From a virus (lineage: Duplodnaviria; Heunggongvirae; Uroviricota; Caudoviricetes), in IMG/VR virus record IMGVR_UViG_2695420814_000010: DNA of 50,942 nt; one strand, given 5' to 3'. The notes beneath the pieces are model-generated. The model worked only from the letters and a program-made list of their open reading frames with translations. It searched no databases and was not told where the DNA came from. This document shows positions 49,707 to 50,942 of this stretch, one piece after another. The stretch's first letter is position 1. The number at the start of each line of letters is the position of its first letter. The translations under genes were made by a program, and so were the position numbers.

Positions 49707-50942
49707 ATGTCTAAATTACCAACAGGTGTCGAGATTCGAGGTAAATACATTCGCATCTGGTTCATGTTTCGAGGAAAACGATGTCGGGAAACATTGAAAG
49801 GCTGGGAGGTTACTAACAGTAACATTAAAAAAGCCGGGAATTTAAGAGCGTTGATAGTTCATGAAATCAATTCCGGTGAGTTTGAGTATTTAAGACGTTT
49901 TCCCCAGTCCAGCACTGGGGCAAAAATGGTGACAACGAGGGTCATAAAAACGTTCGGGGAGCTTTGTGATATCTGGACAAAAATTAAAGAAACAGAGTTA
50001 ACAACAAACACAATGAAGAAAACGAAATCACAATTAAAAACACTCAGGATAATAATTTGTGAGAGTACTCCGATATCGCATATTCGTTATAGCGATATCT
50101 TAAACTACCGGAATGAACTGCTGCATGGAGAAACGCTTTACCTGGATAATCCAAGATCCAACAAAAAAGGAAGAACCGTGCGCACAGTTGATAACTATAT
50201 CGCCCTGCTCTGTTCGTTGTTACGTTTTGCGTATCAGTCGGGATTTATATCAACCAAACCATTTGAAGGAGTAAAGAAATTACAGAGAAACAGAATAAAG
50301 CCTGACCCGTTATCTAAAACAGAATTCAATGCATTAATGGAAAGTGAAAAAGGACAGAGCCAGAACTTGTGGAAATTTGCCGTATACTCCGGGCTTCGTC
50401 ACGGGGAACTGGCTGCTCTGGCGTGGGAGGATGTGGATTTCGAGAAGGGAGTTGTGAATGTCAGAAGAAACCTGACGATACTGGATATGTTCGGTCCCCC
50501 AAAAACAAATGCGGGGATCCGGACGGTAACACTACTGCAGCCTGCTCTTGAAGCACTGAAGGAGCAATACAAACTGACCGGGCATCATCGCAAAAGCGAA
50601 ATCACTTTTTATCATCGGGAGTACGGCAGAACCGAAAAGCAAAAACTGCATTTTGTTTTCATGCCCAGAGTGTGTAACGGAAAACAGAAACCTTATTACT
50701 CGGTAAGCAGTTTGGGTGCGAGATGGAATGCAGCAGTAAAACGTGCTGGTATTCGCCGCCGTAATCCGTACCATACGCGGCATACTTTTGCCTGCTGGCT
50801 GTTGACGGCAGGAGCGAACCCGGCGTTTATAGCCAGCCAGATGGGGCATGAAACTGCGCAGATGGTGTATGAAATTTACGGTATGTGGATTGATGACATG
50901 AACGACGAACAGGTAGCCATGTTGAATGCGCGGTTATCGTAG
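49707..50942 (+). CDS. intR: Tyrosine integrase IntR
   Basis: 411-aa ORF with the tyrosine-recombinase C-terminal R...H-x-x-R...Y pattern (RHGELAAL...HTRHTFACWLL...MGHETAQMVYEIY); stop codon is the last three bases of the window. Confidence 0.9.
   Translation: MSKLPTGVEIRGKYIRIWFMFRGKRCRETLKGWEVTNSNIKKAGNLRALIVHEINSGEFEYLRRFPQSSTGAKMVTTRVIKTFGELCDIWTKIKETELTTNTMKKTKSQLKTLRIIICESTPISHIRYSDILNYRNELLHGETLYLDNPRSNKKGRTVRTVDNYIALLCSLLRFAYQSGFISTKPFEGVKKLQRNRIKPDPLSKTEFNALMESEKGQSQNLWKFAVYSGLRHGELAALAWEDVDFEKGVVNVRRNLTILDMFGPPKTNAGIRTVTLLQPALEALKEQYKLTGHHRKSEITFYHREYGRTEKQKLHFVFMPRVCNGKQKPYYSVSSLGARWNAAVKRAGIRRRNPYHTRHTFACWLLTAGANPAFIASQMGHETAQMVYEIYGMWIDDMNDEQVAMLNARLS

Noticed and set aside
1-50942. 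CRISPR arrays, rRNA genes
   Set aside because: No regularly spaced direct repeats or rRNA-like sequence seen; the repeats present are the IS copies and the duplicated phage genes.

Overview
The window is a near-complete Rac-like lambdoid prophage of Escherichia/Shigella, about 50% GC, read from the sequence and the ORF track only (no searches run; all homology is from memory). Minus strand, low to high coordinates: lambda-like tail genes J (partial, runs off the window start), I, K, L, M, a 1077-aa tape measure, a frameshifted G/GT tail chaperone, tail tube and connector genes, an HK97-like head module, terminase, a ParB-like/DXD gene pair, trkG cargo, a P21-type lysis cassette, two TolA-domain-III-like lipoprotein morons, the late regulatory region with Q, the nin region and the ydaV-ydaU-ydaT-ydaS replication/immunity genes. 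Plus strand at the right end: racR, ydaG, ydaF, kilR, ydaE, racC, recE, recT, ralR, ydaC, xis and intR, whose stop codon is the last base of the window. The main candidate for an undescribed system is a two-gene operon (about 320 aa and 333 aa) with its own extended -10 promoter inside an AT-rich island in the nin region (29943..31964); a yeaR-like gene with an NsrR-type operator sits beside it. Other notable cargo is a queH-like gene next to a hok toxin. Two IS3-family (IS600-like) copies bracket a second, partly duplicated replication/nin segment, and the junctions carry N characters (33739; 40512..40548), so the order between 33.3 and 41.2 kb may be an assembly artefact.
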